Source of the DNA: a virus
Strand: one strand, 5' to 3'
Length of the DNA stretch: 64,000 nucleotides
Virus record (IMG/VR): IMGVR_UViG_3300045988_034366
The position numbers and the translations under genes were made by a program. The notes under the pieces were generated by a model. That model saw only the letters and a list, made by a program, of their open reading frames with translations, was not told where the DNA came from and did no database searches. Shown here piece by piece: positions 49,772-56,161 of this stretch; position 1 is the stretch's first letter; the number at the start of each line of letters is the position of its first letter.

Positions 49772-50316
49772 ACGTAATCCATGAAATAAATGTTGGTACT
49801 ATCCTTCTTTAGTATATCATTGATAATAGGATTATGCTTCTTTGCCCATCTCTTAATGGTAGAGAAGAAATTAAACCTCTTGATATTGTCCCAAAAAGAT
49901 ACTCCTGATAACCAAGGAGTATAGGTATAATCAAATATATGTAGGTCTCTGTCAAGTATGACCTTCCACCCACTCTTTATACAAGCAAAAGAAAGAGCTA
50001 GGCATGAAGCACTCTTCAATACCTCTTCTCTGAATAGGTCTTCACTACCTTCTCTTTCAAGTATAATCCTAACTTTATATACTGAGAATATATTAACTAT
50101 CTCTCCTATACTCTTAAATGTAAGGTCAAAATCTACCAACCCATGACATACTCTCCATACATCTCCATCTCTTCTTACTCTTACATCAAAGTAGGTTACT
50201 CCTATTTCTTTCTGCTGTGCTATACTCTTTACTTGAGTCCTCCATAGGAAAGAGAACCATTCAAATAACTTCTTCCTAGCTGGCAAGAATGTATAGCTAT
50301 CATGTGTCCCAATCAT
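49768..50316 (-). CDS. PI-PLC X-domain-like phosphodiesterase (182 aa)
   Basis: MIGTHDSYTF, GVTYFDVRVRRDG, RVCHG and a C-terminal IYFMDYV parallel the IPGTHDS / RIFDIRGR / LHHG / VIQDYI signature of bacterial phosphatidylinositol-specific phospholipase C. Confidence 0.6.
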   Translation of the reverse strand: MIGTHDSYTFLPARKKLFEWFSFLWRTQVKSIAQQKEIGVTYFDVRVRRDGDVWRVCHGLVDFDLTFKSIGEIVNIFSVYKVRIILEREGSEDLFREEVLKSASCLALSFACIKSGWKVILDRDLHIFDYTYTPWLSGVSFWDNIKRFNFFSTIKRWAKKHNPIINDILKKDSTNIYFMDYV

Positions 50317-50852
50317 AATGTCAAATCATCTTCAAAGATTGTCTTTTCTCCAGAACCTCTCATCTTACCTGAACTCTTCATTTCAGAGTTAAGTGCTTTT
50401 TCAGCTTCATCTAAATCCTTTACAAGAGGAGGTATTTGCTTTATAAGAGCACCTACTTCCTTCAAGTCCTTAATCTCTAGGTCATCAAACTCTTGAGCCT
50501 TTAATCTCTTTCTATATTTATCAACCATAAATCTCGTGTCTTCAAGGAGTAAAGCAGATATAGGCTTGAATGACATATAGAAATCCATAGCCTCTGTGAC
50601 TATTCTGTCAGGCTGCCATTTAGGAGGTAGTCCTTCTCCCTCTTTAATAGCTTCCATTCTCTCCTTTTCATCTACAAGATATTGGTAATCACTTCTAGGG
50701 TCACAGAAAAAGTAAATGAACCCTAATTCCATTATAGCTTTATCCTTATTAACAGTCCTGTCTCTTTGCCATATCTGTCTAAAAGGCTTCAAAGCAAAGG
50801 CTTCTTCTGATATGACTATTTTATATCCTTCGTATCTAAACAGCTTAAGCAT
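50313..50852 (-). CDS. Hypothetical protein (179 aa)
   Basis: ATG ORF; ATGA overlap with the next gene. Confidence 0.55.
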   Translation of the reverse strand: MLKLFRYEGYKIVISEEAFALKPFRQIWQRDRTVNKDKAIMELGFIYFFCDPRSDYQYLVDEKERMEAIKEGEGLPPKWQPDRIVTEAMDFYMSFKPISALLLEDTRFMVDKYRKRLKAQEFDDLEIKDLKEVGALIKQIPPLVKDLDEAEKALNSEMKSSGKMRGSGEKTIFEDDLTL

Positions 50853-50860
50853 AAATTTGG

Positions 50861-50899
50861 TAAAAAAAAAAGAGTAATCAGATATTCCTGATTACTCTT
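50861..50899 (-). terminator. Strong intrinsic terminator
   Basis: Perfect 12-bp stem AAGAGTAATCAG / CTGATTACTCTT followed by T10 on the minus strand. Confidence 0.8.
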
Positions 50900-50904
50900 T
50901 TGAG

Positions 50905-51327
50905 TTATACAATTAATTTCTTTTCTGCTGGCTTAATGAGAGGTGAAGGAGCTGGGTCAGGAACATCTTCCCACTCTTCAATAATAAAGTCAATATCCCT
51001 ATCTTGAAGCAATAGGCACTGCTTTCCATCCATCTCTACCACATCAAAGTTATAAGTAGTAACAGGATTATCTGTCACAACTCCATCTTTCAATGAGCCT
51101 GCTTGGTGCTTCCTCACTGCAAATCTTGCAGGATTAACACATACTATATCACCTACTTTAATATCTCTTACAGAACTACCTACTGCAAGTACTTTCTGAT
51201 ATTCTTTAAGACCTCCTTGCTGTCTGGCAGTATCTATAAGACCACCAATCTTTACATCCTTCTCATACTTATCCATTGTAGTGATAAGTGCAGTGAACAT
51301 TGGCTTTATCTTTTTAACTTTAAGCAT
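50905..51327 (-). CDS. GroES/Gp31-like co-chaperonin candidate (140 aa)
   Basis: KIKPMFTALITT...GGLI...KVLAVGSSVRDIKVGDIVCVNP loosely follows the GroES pattern IKPL.D.V...GGI..P....G.VVAVG......V.VGD.V. Confidence 0.35.
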   Translation of the reverse strand: MLKVKKIKPMFTALITTMDKYEKDVKIGGLIDTARQQGGLKEYQKVLAVGSSVRDIKVGDIVCVNPARFAVRKHQAGSLKDGVVTDNPVTTYNFDVVEMDGKQCLLLQDRDIDFIIEEWEDVPDPAPSPLIKPAEKKLIV

Positions 51328-51592
51328 TCTTCTCCCTAATTTGCTTGATTAACTTATATCTCTTTTTCATGCCCAACATCCTATCATAAGTGCAATTTAG
51401 TTTGCCTAATGAGGGGATGTTAAAATTGGTTCTTAACTTAGCAAAATCCTCTTCATTAAGATTCTCCTTTAATGGTAAGGATTGTATATGGTTTTTTATA
51501 AATAACCAATATGCCTTATATGCCTTATCTACCACTTCCTTTGGTAAATTCAACTCTCTAGATACCTTACCTACTATATCAGGATAACTCAT
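51320..51592 (-). CDS. Small protein, possibly HU/IHF-like (90 aa)
   Basis: IVGKVSRELNLPKEVVDKAYKAYWLFIKNHI...NIPSLGKL weakly resembles the HU N-terminal half. Confidence 0.3.
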   Translation of the reverse strand: MSYPDIVGKVSRELNLPKEVVDKAYKAYWLFIKNHIQSLPLKENLNEEDFAKLRTNFNIPSLGKLNCTYDRMLGMKKRYKLIKQIREKNA

Positions 51593-51969
51593 TTCAATTC
51601 AAAAAGTAACAATAGCTGGAAGTAACCAGTTTCCTCATCAATGTTAGGTATAAATCTAGGATTTATCTTACCATCAACAATAACCTTATTCTTCCTTAGC
51701 TTGCCCATAATTACTTGAAAGTGTGGGAGAGTGATATTACACTCTTCCCTTACTTTCTTTTTTGTGTCCTCACTCATGATAACCTTATCAAGGATATTGT
51801 CATCCTTAATAACTTTACTGAGCTGGTATCTTTGCTTTACAAAAGCAGTAATTACGTCAATCTCTCTATTTGTTAGATTATGAAAAGGCTGTAGAAATTC
51901 AAACCAATATCTAAAGAACTTACCATTTAATGAAGTGGGTATCCTAACTATGTTGTTAGCCTTCTTCAT
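51589..51969 (-). CDS. Putative DNA-binding/transcription factor-like protein (126 aa)
   Basis: The LTNREIDVITAFV segment resembles LuxR/sigma region-4 HTH starts. Confidence 0.3.
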   Translation of the reverse strand: MKKANNIVRIPTSLNGKFFRYWFEFLQPFHNLTNREIDVITAFVKQRYQLSKVIKDDNILDKVIMSEDTKKKVREECNITLPHFQVIMGKLRKNKVIVDGKINPRFIPNIDEETGYFQLLLLFELK

Positions 51970-51977
51970 AATAGTAC

Positions 51978-52280
51978 TTACGCCTTAGTTACAGTCTCTG
52001 GCTCCTCTTCTTGCTTTGGAACTGTCATTATACTTTCAATCTCAGCAACACACTTTTCAAGGAAGTCTTGCTTAAACATATGACCATTCTCTACTACCTT
52101 GAACAAGTAATCAAGTCTCTTGAACATGTTAGCCATATTCAACTCTTGCAACTTTGCAAACAGCTGTCTATTTTGTTCACTAAGTTGATGGGCAACACTC
52201 TCAAGCTGCTCATAAGACATCTTTTCAGGTCTCTGCACCTGTGGCTTCATTTCCACAACTTTCTTCTTTTGCTCTTCCAT
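51978..52280 (-). CDS. Coiled-coil protein (100 aa)
   Basis: ATG ORF with heptad-like E/K/Q/L composition. Confidence 0.5.
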   Translation of the reverse strand: MEEQKKKVVEMKPQVQRPEKMSYEQLESVAHQLSEQNRQLFAKLQELNMANMFKRLDYLFKVVENGHMFKQDFLEKCVAEIESIMTVPKQEEEPETVTKA

Positions 52281-52282
52281 TT

Positions 52283-52531
52283 TTAATATTTGTCTAAGTG
52301 GTTATGACCGAATCTATTCCTATAGAGGCTCTCCCATTCCTCTATGGAGCATTCTGCTATGTCAGTAGACCCACAATTATCACAATATTCTGAGTCTTTC
52401 ATGTCTAGGACATGCCTTACATTCAATGATAAACAATGCTTGCAGTAAAATACTGGCTCATTATTGTAATCATTATGCGGTTTTCCTCTGTCTGTGCTTA
52501 AGTTGCTCATATATTCTCTTCTTCTCATCAT
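52283..52531 (-). CDS. Zinc-ribbon protein (82 aa)
   Basis: CKHC...x19...CDNC four-Cys arrangement. Confidence 0.5.
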   Translation of the reverse strand: MMRRREYMSNLSTDRGKPHNDYNNEPVFYCKHCLSLNVRHVLDMKDSEYCDNCGSTDIAECSIEEWESLYRNRFGHNHLDKY

Positions 52532-52787
52532 TTAGACTACCTTTCTTATGCTTAGCATTATTGAAAGGTCTCTTAGGATAAATAACTCCATCAAGGGAGA
52601 TATAGCCCCTTCTGATTGCTCTTCTCACAGACTTAAACCTGCTTACTGCTTCATAAGTTCTCAGGTGAAGAATATCTCTTTCATAGAAATCTCCCACAAT
52701 ATCTACTCTATTCTTCTCCATGTAATCCTTGAACTCCCCTTCACTCATCAAGGGTCTTTCTACTAACTTCTGCTCTTCCATATTCAT
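52473..52787 (-). CDS. Hypothetical protein (104 aa)
   Basis: ATG ORF; 59-nt overlap with the next gene. Confidence 0.45.
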   Translation of the reverse strand: MNMEEQKLVERPLMSEGEFKDYMEKNRVDIVGDFYERDILHLRTYEAVSRFKSVRRAIRRGYISLDGVIYPKRPFNNAKHKKGSLNDEKKRIYEQLKHRQRKTA

Positions 52788-52792
52788 AATGT

Positions 52793-52972
52793 TTACTTGA
52801 AATAAATTAGAACAAACTGCCCATTCTCTTTTAAGAGGGATACTATATCTTCTCTTTTTATACCAACCTCATTAGCACTATTAACAATACCTCTAATAGT
52901 TGTAGCAGTAAGAGCAGTCATAATTCCTGGAGCCTTAGTCCTAGCCTTTTTTACTCTTTCAATTTCTTCCAT
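52793..52972 (-). CDS. Small hypothetical protein (59 aa, MEEIERVKK...)
   Basis: ATG at 52972 inside the listed ORF 52793-53110. The upstream part of that listed ORF is just translated tRNA sequence. Confidence 0.4.
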   Translation of the reverse strand: MEEIERVKKARTKAPGIMTALTATTIRGIVNSANEVGIKREDIVSLLKENGQFVLIYFK

Positions 52973-52986
52973 ATTACTTGAATTAG

Positions 52987-53059
52987 TTGCAGGGGAGAGA
53001 CTCGAACTCTCAACCTCAAGGTTATGAGCCTTGCTAGCTACCATTGCTATCACCCTACG
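52987..53059 (-). tRNA. tRNA with CAU anticodon (fMet / Met / Ile2 not resolvable)
   Basis: Reverse complement reads CGTAGGG...CAAGG-CTCATAA-CCTTG...GAGAG-TTCGAGT-CTCTC-CCCTGCA-A. It has a C1:A72 mismatch and an A11:U24-like pair as in bacterial initiators. There is one extra nt before the D stem. Confidence 0.7.
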
Positions 53060-53070
53060 ATGTATATTAG

Positions 53071-53143
53071 AGCCTCTTGTAGGAATTGAACCCACATCTT
53101 CTGAGTACAAAACAGAAATAATAAACCTTTATACTAAAGAGGC
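53071..53143 (-). tRNA. tRNA-Thr (UGU)
   Basis: Acceptor GCCTCTT/AAGAGGC, anticodon loop TTTGTAC, T-arm GTGGG-TTCAATT-CCTAC, weak AT-rich D stem. Confidence 0.8.
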
Positions 53144-53147
53144 ATTG

Positions 53148-53233
53148 TAGCTTCAGTGGGACTTGAACCCACACTTCCATTACTGGAAAACAGAGTTTAA
53201 GTCTGTCGGGTCTACCTATTCCCCCATGAAGCC
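53148..53233 (-). tRNA. tRNA-Leu (UAA)
   Basis: Acceptor GGCTTCA/TGAAGCT, loop CTTAAAC, long variable arm TTTCCAGTAATGGAAGT, T-arm GTGGG-TTCAAGT-CCCAC, A73. Confidence 0.8.
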
Positions 53234-53239
53234 TTCGTT

Positions 53240-53686
53240 TTAATAAGGTCTTACATCACACAGACCAAACAAGTATCTATACTTGTTGATATTCTGTATA
53301 AATGTCTCACATTCTGAAGTGATGCCTTTATATATAATCTCTTGAGGAATCTTGTCATAAAAAGATAATGTACCTACTTTAACTTCTTCAATGAAGTCTA
53401 TAGCATTTAGTGTATTACTTGCAGTACCTTTAATAACATTAGGTTGCATCTGCCCAAGTATTCCCATATAACCCTCTGCAAGCCCATCCTGATAATCTGA
53501 TAGTATAACAAGAAACTCATCAAGATACACATGAATATTCTTCTTAGGTGCTGCCCAATGGAGGTTTTTACACTTAGTTTTCCACCCCTCAAGTTGATTG
53601 AGGAAACTTATGAAGAATTGACTTCCTGTAGGAGAATTATTCTCTCTTTCCTCTTCCATTGGTGTAAACAAGCTATCTTCAAACAT
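53240..53686 (-). CDS. Dps/ferritin-like protein (148 aa from ATG 53686)
   Basis: KCKNLHWAAPKKNIHVYLDEFLVILSDYQDGLAEG parallels the Dps ferroxidase region K.AHWN..G..F..VHE.LD.......D..AER (His, His, Asp, Glu present). The listed start at 53713 is TTG. Confidence 0.55.
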   Translation of the reverse strand: MFEDSLFTPMEEERENNSPTGSQFFISFLNQLEGWKTKCKNLHWAAPKKNIHVYLDEFLVILSDYQDGLAEGYMGILGQMQPNVIKGTASNTLNAIDFIEEVKVGTLSFYDKIPQEIIYKGITSECETFIQNINKYRYLFGLCDVRPY

Positions 53687-53710
53687 ACCTTTTCTATTGT
53701 TTTGATGTTG

Positions 53711-53718
53711 CAAAGTTA
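53711..53718 (-). promoter_or_regulatory. Bacteroidota-type -7 box (TAACTTTGCAA) for the Dps-like gene
   Basis: TAnnTTTG match about 25 nt upstream of the ATG at 53686. Confidence 0.5.
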
Positions 53719-53775
53719 AGTAAAATATTTGTAACTACCAAACATTTTCTTAACTATTTTCCAATTATTTTCTAG

Positions 53776-53856
53776 TACCCCCTAAGAGACTCGAACTCTT
53801 ACACATTGCTGCGTATGCTCCTAAGGCATATGTGTCTACCATTCCACCAAGAGGGC
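53776..53856 (-). tRNA. tRNA-Leu (UAG)
   Basis: Acceptor GCCCTCT/AGGGGGT, loop CTTAGGA, long variable arm, T-arm AAGAG-TTCGAGT-CTCTT, A73. Confidence 0.8.
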
Positions 53857-53996
53857 ATTATGACAGCTTCCTACTGGGGTTTCACCTGAATCCTATTAAA
53901 ATAGGTCTACTGTATTCACACTGCCTTTTCATAAGTAGCATAGAGGCTAATGTGTAACTTATATTATCTACCTTATTAGCATACTATTACTTACTG

Positions 53997-54071
53997 TGGG
54001 TGTTCAAAGAATCGAACTTTGTTCTAAGGATTTTCAGTCCTCCGCAATGTAACCATACCTGCCCAGCACCC
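53997..54071 (-). tRNA. tRNA-Phe (GAA)
   Basis: Acceptor GGGTGCT/AACACCC (one mismatch), loop CTGAAAA, T-arm CAAAG-TTCGATT-CTTTG. Confidence 0.8.
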
Positions 54072-54139
54072 ATAATGACTTATTTGTGTCTCTCCCCACA
54101 TCACCTTCCATAAGTCAAGGACGAAGATTTCTATTGAAG

Positions 54140-54224
54140 TGGGAGTAAAAGGACTCGAACCTATTGTGTTTCTATGTGCCAGATTTACAGTCTGGTGCCC
54201 ATCCACCATCTGAGCAGTACTCCC
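54140..54224 (-). tRNA. tRNA-Tyr (GUA)
   Basis: Acceptor GGGAGTA/TACTCCC, loop CTGTAAA, long variable arm, T-loop TTCGAGT. Confidence 0.8.
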
Positions 54225-54376
54225 ATAAATTATTTCCCAAGTTAGTAAAGGTAGTTACCTAGGAGGTAACATACCTGAGGGCAAGTAAGTTATATTTGAA
54301 AAAGCCTGACTTACCCTTCTTTTAAGAAATGAAATAACCTTTTTCATATCACTTAATTTAAGGGATTAATAATTAG

Positions 54377-54449
54377 TTTCCCCACTAGGAGTTGAACCTA
54401 GCTCTCATGATTAAAAGTCAAGAGCATCCACCATCAATGCTTTGGGGAA
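54377..54449 (-). tRNA. tRNA-Lys (UUU)
   Basis: Acceptor TTCCCCA/TGGGGAA, D stem GCAT/ATGC, loop CTTTTAA, T-arm CTAGG-TTCAACT-CCTAG. Confidence 0.8.
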
Positions 54450-54607
54450 ATGAAGCAGGGTCTTTTATAGAGGTCCTTCTGCTTTAGCTAGTTAGCTATT
54501 CTAGCTAATTCTCCCTGCATACCTCTTATTGTCACTACATCCTATATAGGAATTGTAAAAGGAAATAATATCCTATAGGAATAGCATATAAAAGATGCTT
54601 TGTCCTA

Positions 54608-54907
54608 TTACTCTCCTTCAACCATTTTGGGAGGATTTTGTTTAATAGTATTACTATCTTTTCTTTCATATTTCTCAGACCATGCTTTTGTTATGCCAGC
54701 GGATGTAAATACAGCAGCAACAGCACCTATATATGCAGCTAGACCATTTAAGTCTGTTGCTATAGTATGGTTATATATCACCTCTACTATAAGTAGTATT
54801 GCTGGTACTAATAGCAGTACCAAACCTATTACTGTAACTGCTACAAGGAAGAAGTTCTTTGAACTAACTCCTGTATTATTCTTTATAAGTTTATCTATAT
54901 AACACAT
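54608..54907 (-). CDS. Small two-TM membrane protein inside the tRNA array (99 aa)
   Basis: ATG ORF co-oriented with the array, with two hydrophobic spans. Preferred over the antisense TTG-initiated ORF 54600-54902. Confidence 0.5.
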   Translation of the reverse strand: MCYIDKLIKNNTGVSSKNFFLVAVTVIGLVLLLVPAILLIVEVIYNHTIATDLNGLAAYIGAVAAVFTSAGITKAWSEKYERKDSNTIKQNPPKMVEGE

Positions 54908-54915
54908 GACTTAAG

Positions 54916-54990
54916 ACTTGGAGGTGGGATTTGAACCCACGAATCATCAGATTTGCAGTCTGTGCCCTTAAACCACTCGGGTACTCCAAG
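54916..54990 (-). tRNA. tRNA-Cys (GCA)
   Basis: Acceptor CTTGGAG/CTCCAAG, loop CTGCAAA, T-arm GTGGG-TTCAAAT-CCCAC, U73 discriminator. Confidence 0.8.
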
Positions 54991-54994
54991 GTAG

Positions 54995-55071
54995 TACTGG
55001 CAGAGGGACTTGAACCCCCATGTGACCAATTACCCTTTCTAGACTGTATAAGAGTCAGGGGATATGCCAGT
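54995..55071 (-). tRNA. Atypical tRNA-like gene without a recognisable D-arm (candidate anticodon UAU)
   Basis: Perfect acceptor ACTGGCA/TGCCAGT and T-arm GGGGG-TTCAAGT-CCCTC. Only 8 nt (TATCCCCT) precede the hairpin GACT-CTTATAC-AGTC, and 22 nt follow it. Confidence 0.4.
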
Positions 55072-55078
55072 ATGTTGG

Positions 55079-55150
55079 GGTGTCTGATGGGAGTTGAACC
55101 CACACAATTTGGAGCCACAATCCAAAGCTCTACCATTAAGCTACAGACAC
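55079..55150 (-). tRNA. tRNA-His (GUG)
   Basis: Acceptor GTGTCTG/CAGACAC, loop TTGTGGC, T-arm GTGGG-TTCAACT-CCCAT, C73; no encoded G-1. Confidence 0.8.
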
Positions 55151-55152
55151 AG

Positions 55153-55224
55153 TTCTGATGAGTAGACTCGAACTACTAACTACTGCCTTATGAGAGCAGC
55201 TTTCTACCATTGAAATACATCAGA
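55153..55224 (-). tRNA. tRNA with CAU anticodon (Met or Ile2)
   Basis: Acceptor TCTGATG/CATCAGA, loop CTCATAA, T-arm AGTAG-TTCGAGT-CTACT. Confidence 0.8.
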
Positions 55225-55229
55225 ATATG

Positions 55230-55302
55230 TAGGGATAATAGGACTTGAACCTATAACTCCTTCCGTATCAGAGAAGTGCTCTAACCATTGAACTATATCC
55301 CT
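55230..55302 (-). tRNA. tRNA-Ile (GAU)
   Basis: Acceptor AGGGATA/TATCCCT, loop CTGATAC, T-arm ATAGG-TTCAAGT-CCTAT. Confidence 0.85.
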
Positions 55303-55308
55303 ATATTG

Positions 55309-55380
55309 CTGATGGGATAGGATTTGAACCCATATCAGCTGGTTTTGGAGACCAGTATTTTACCATTAAACTACCCATCA
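55309..55380 (-). tRNA. tRNA-Trp (CCA)
   Basis: Acceptor TGATGGG/CCCATCA, loop CTCCAAA, T-loop TTCAAAT, G73. Confidence 0.85.
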
Positions 55381-55387
55381 ATTTCTG

Positions 55388-55459
55388 CGGGGGTAGAGAG
55401 AATCGAACTCTCATCTCTTGATTAACAGTCAAGTGCATAGACCTTCCAGCTACACCCCC
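55388..55459 (-). tRNA. tRNA-Asn (GUU)
   Basis: Acceptor GGGGGTG/TACCCCC, loop CTGTTAA, T-arm GAGAG-TTCGATT-CTCTC, G73. Confidence 0.8.
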
Positions 55460-55465
55460 TAATTG

Positions 55466-55539
55466 TTGCTCCTATAGGACTTGAACCTATGACCTTTTCC
55501 TTGTAAGGGAACTATTCTTAACCACTGAACTAAGGAGCA
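55466..55539 (-). tRNA. tRNA-Val (UAC)
   Basis: Acceptor TGCTCCT/AGGAGCA, loop CTTACAA, T-arm ATAGG-TTCAAGT-CCTAT, A73. Confidence 0.85.
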
Positions 55540-55621
55540 ATGAAGCAGTTTCTTTAACCTCTAACTGCTTAAAAAGAGGGTTCAAGCAAAAGCTCAACAT
55601 TATGAAAACATGAAACATGTG

Positions 55622-55694
55622 TGGAGAATGAGGGACTTGAACCCTAAACTTGACTTTGCAAAAGTCATGTGTTAGCCAATTACACCACAAACCC
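55622..55694 (-). tRNA. tRNA-Ala (UGC)-like gene with a largely unpaired acceptor stem (possible pseudogene)
   Basis: Good D-arm GTGT/ACAC, anticodon arm TGACT-TTTGCAA-AGTCA and T-loop TTCAAGT. The acceptor GGGTTTG vs ATTCTCC pairs only at 1:72, 2:71 and G3:U70. Confidence 0.5.
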
Positions 55695-55700
55695 CATTAG

Positions 55701-55773
55701 TAGGGAAAAGGAGACTCGAACTCCTGATTTCTTGCTCCCAAAGCAAGCTCCTTGACCACTAGGATATTTCCCT
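55701..55773 (-). tRNA. tRNA-Pro (UGG)
   Basis: Acceptor AGGGAAA/TTTCCCT, loop TTTGGGA, T-arm AGGAG-TTCGAGT-CTCCT. Confidence 0.85.
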
Positions 55774-55778
55774 ATAAG

Positions 55779-55864
55779 CGGAGAGCAATGTACTCGAAAC
55801 ATATACAATTACTTGTACACTTTGCTTAGCAGGCAAGCCCTATAACCTCATAGGTTTACTCTCC
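55779..55864 (-). tRNA. tRNA-Ser (GCU)
   Basis: Acceptor GGAGAGT/GCTCTCC, loop CTGCTAA, long variable arm TGTACAAGTAATTGTA, G73. Confidence 0.8.
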
Positions 55865-55869
55865 AATAG

Positions 55870-55955
55870 TGGAAGTGTGAGATGTCGATTCCCATACCTT
55901 TTATGGTACCCATAGTTTTCAAGACTAGTCTAGAGGCCGCTCTAGTTACACTTCC
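55870..55955 (-). tRNA. tRNA-Ser (UGA)
   Basis: Acceptor GGAAGTG/CACTTCC, loop CTTGAAA, long variable arm, T-arm TGGGA-ATCGACA-TCTCA (non-canonical loop). Confidence 0.7.
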
Positions 55956-56003
55956 AATTTGCCTACCCTACCGCTGTAGGAATAGGACTTTTAAGTCGGG
56001 TCG

Positions 56004-56076
56004 CAGACTATGAGGGAATTGAACCCTGACCTTCACATTGACAGTGTGATATGCAAACCATTACACTACATAGTCT
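56004..56076 (-). tRNA. tRNA-Asp (GUC)
   Basis: Acceptor AGACTAT/ATAGTCT, anticodon arm TCACA-CTGTCAA-TGTGA, T-loop TTCAATT, G73. Confidence 0.8.
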
Positions 56077-56082
56077 ATATAG

Positions 56083-56155
56083 TAGAGCCACTGGGAATTG
56101 AACCCAGATTTCTGCCTTGAAAGAGCAGTTACCTAACCTTTTAGTAGATGACTCC
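56083..56155 (-). tRNA. tRNA-Glu (UUC)
   Basis: Acceptor GGAGTCA/TGGCTCT (with wobbles), anticodon arm CTGCT-CTTTCAA-GGCAG, T-arm CTGGG-TTCAATT-CCCAG. Confidence 0.8.
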
Positions 56156-56161
56156 ATTTAG

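Noticed and set aside
1015-50146. Short antisense or overlapping ORFs inside large genes. Examples: 978-1166, 1015-1251, 2860-3294, 4741-4950, 6190-6498, 10244-10453, 11102-11413, 13778-14191, 18855-19091, 26687-26920, 36398-36754, 37563-37925, 39309-39593, 44673-45043, 46241-46642, 48904-49197.
   Set aside because: They lie wholly within much longer, well-supported ORFs on the same or opposite strand. They have low-complexity, serine/leucine-rich translations typical of off-frame reading. They have no promoter boxes.
54600-54902. Plus-strand 100-aa ORF mirroring the minus-strand membrane-protein gene.
   Set aside because: It starts with TTG and runs against the direction of the whole tRNA unit. 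Its hydrophobicity is a mirror effect. The ATG-initiated minus-strand ORF 54608-54907 is preferred, with moderate confidence only.
55870-55955. Selenocysteine-like or opal-suppressor tRNA. The element has a possible 8-bp acceptor, a possible 6-bp CTAGAG/CTCTAG D-stem with a 4-nt loop and a long variable arm. On the plus strand the loop reads TTTCAAG (UCA).
   Set aside because: The plus-strand reading has no T-arm in the right place. In the minus orientation, the same as the whole array, the loop is CTTGAAA (UGA, Ser). The molecule folds as a normal class II tRNA-Ser whose 5' end (GGAAGTGT) even resembles E. coli tRNA-Ser(UGA).
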